Origin: Candidatus Altimarinota bacterium | GTDB taxonomy: Bacteria > Patescibacteriota > Gracilibacteria > BD1-5 > UBA2023 | DNA: 46,113 nt | Direction: 5' to 3' | NCBI GenBank assembly: GCA_043780775.1 | Contig: JAYWCE010000131.1 | Coordinates: 1-46,113, forward strand | In this document: positions 45,951-46,113 of the stretch, one piece after another | Numbering within the stretch: position 1 is the stretch's first letter | Layout: each line of letters opens with the position of its first letter | Notes under the pieces: generated by a model | What the model saw: only the letters and a program-made list of their open reading frames with translations | Database searches by the model: none | Told to the model about the DNA's origin: nothing | Program-made: the position numbers and the translations under genes

Positions 45951-46113
45951 ATGTCTCAAGTCTACGACACAATCATCATCGGTGCAGGATCTGCATGACT
46001 CCCAGCTGGGATGTACGCAAGCCGATACAAGCTCTCGAATCTCATCATCGGTGAGCTCCCAGGTGGAGCCCTCGCCACCAGTCACTGTGTCGAGAACTGG
46101 CCAGGAGTACTCT
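45951..46113 (+). CDS. trxB: Thioredoxin-disulfide reductase N-terminal fragment (mirror copy)
   Basis: Exact reverse complement of 2..164. ATG at 45951; TGA(Gly) at 45996..45998 inside GxGxxG. Confidence 0.8.

Larger units (their letters stand above)
23058..46113. repeat. Right arm of the window-spanning perfect palindrome (exact reverse complement of 2..23057)
   Basis: Same evidence as the left arm; x maps to 46115-x. Base 1 has no partner inside the window. Confidence 0.97.

Noticed and set aside
23058-46113. Treating the right half as an independent paralogous gene set or a segmental duplication
   Set aside because: It is a base-perfect reverse complement with no spacer and no unique flanks. 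The genes are the same sequence read from the other strand, so biological gene content should be counted once unless read evidence proves the palindrome is real.
2-46113. Composite transposon or other mobile element defined by the giant inverted repeat
   Set aside because: No transposase, integrase or recombinase-like ORF was found on either strand under code 11 or code 25. The content is housekeeping plus surface genes, and the repeat has no unique cargo between its arms.
1-46113. tRNA or rRNA genes
   Set aside because: No T-loop-like GGTTCGAATCC/GGTTCAAATCC motifs or GC-rich structured blocks were seen in the intergenic regions. This was an eye scan, so a tRNA scan should still be run.

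Overview
Two things dominate this window.

(1) It is not 46 kb of unique DNA. Positions 2..23057 are followed, with no spacer, by their exact reverse complement at 23058..46113. The partner of x is 46115-x, the symmetry axis lies between 23057 and 23058, and base 1 is unpaired. Both window ends stop at the same genomic base inside trxB. There are therefore about 20 unique genes, each present twice in mirror orientation. The most economical reading is a fold-back artefact, such as a library or assembly chimera or read-through nucleated at a terminator-like hairpin. A covalently closed hairpin telomere or a genuine inverted duplication is less likely but far more interesting.

(2) The genes only make sense under translation table 25 (TGA = Gly, as used by Gracilibacteria/BD1-5 and Absconditabacteria/SR1). 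In-frame TGAs fall exactly on invariant glycines: the P-loops of three ATPases (one as a TGA-TGA doublet) and the FAD GxGxxG motif of TrxB. Under code 25 the fragmented six-frame track collapses into a compact, AT-rich gene set that shows no Shine-Dalgarno motifs at the starts I inspected.

Per arm the genes are:
- trxB fragment, a bPH-like membrane protein, tsaB and comM.
- A tightly packed operon: VirD4/TraD-like coupling ATPase, membrane PP2C/SpoIIE phosphatase, VirB4-like ATPase, PilX-like pilin-type protein and RluD-like pseudouridine synthase.
- Three small proteins and a Wzy_C/O-antigen-ligase-like membrane protein.
- A 1357-aa subtilisin-like (S8) surface protease with SLH-like and FN3-like modules.
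- A sigma-70-region-4 plus HARE-HTH protein, a small membrane protein and a 400-aa prepilin-type protein.
- rpmH-rnpA-yidC.

The best candidate for an under-described system is the orphan VirD4-PP2C-VirB4-PilX-like module. It lies next to comM and is surrounded by pilin-like, glycosylation-type and surface-protease genes. No rRNA, tRNA, CRISPR array or transposase was seen. All family calls rest on motif recognition by eye; no searches were run.
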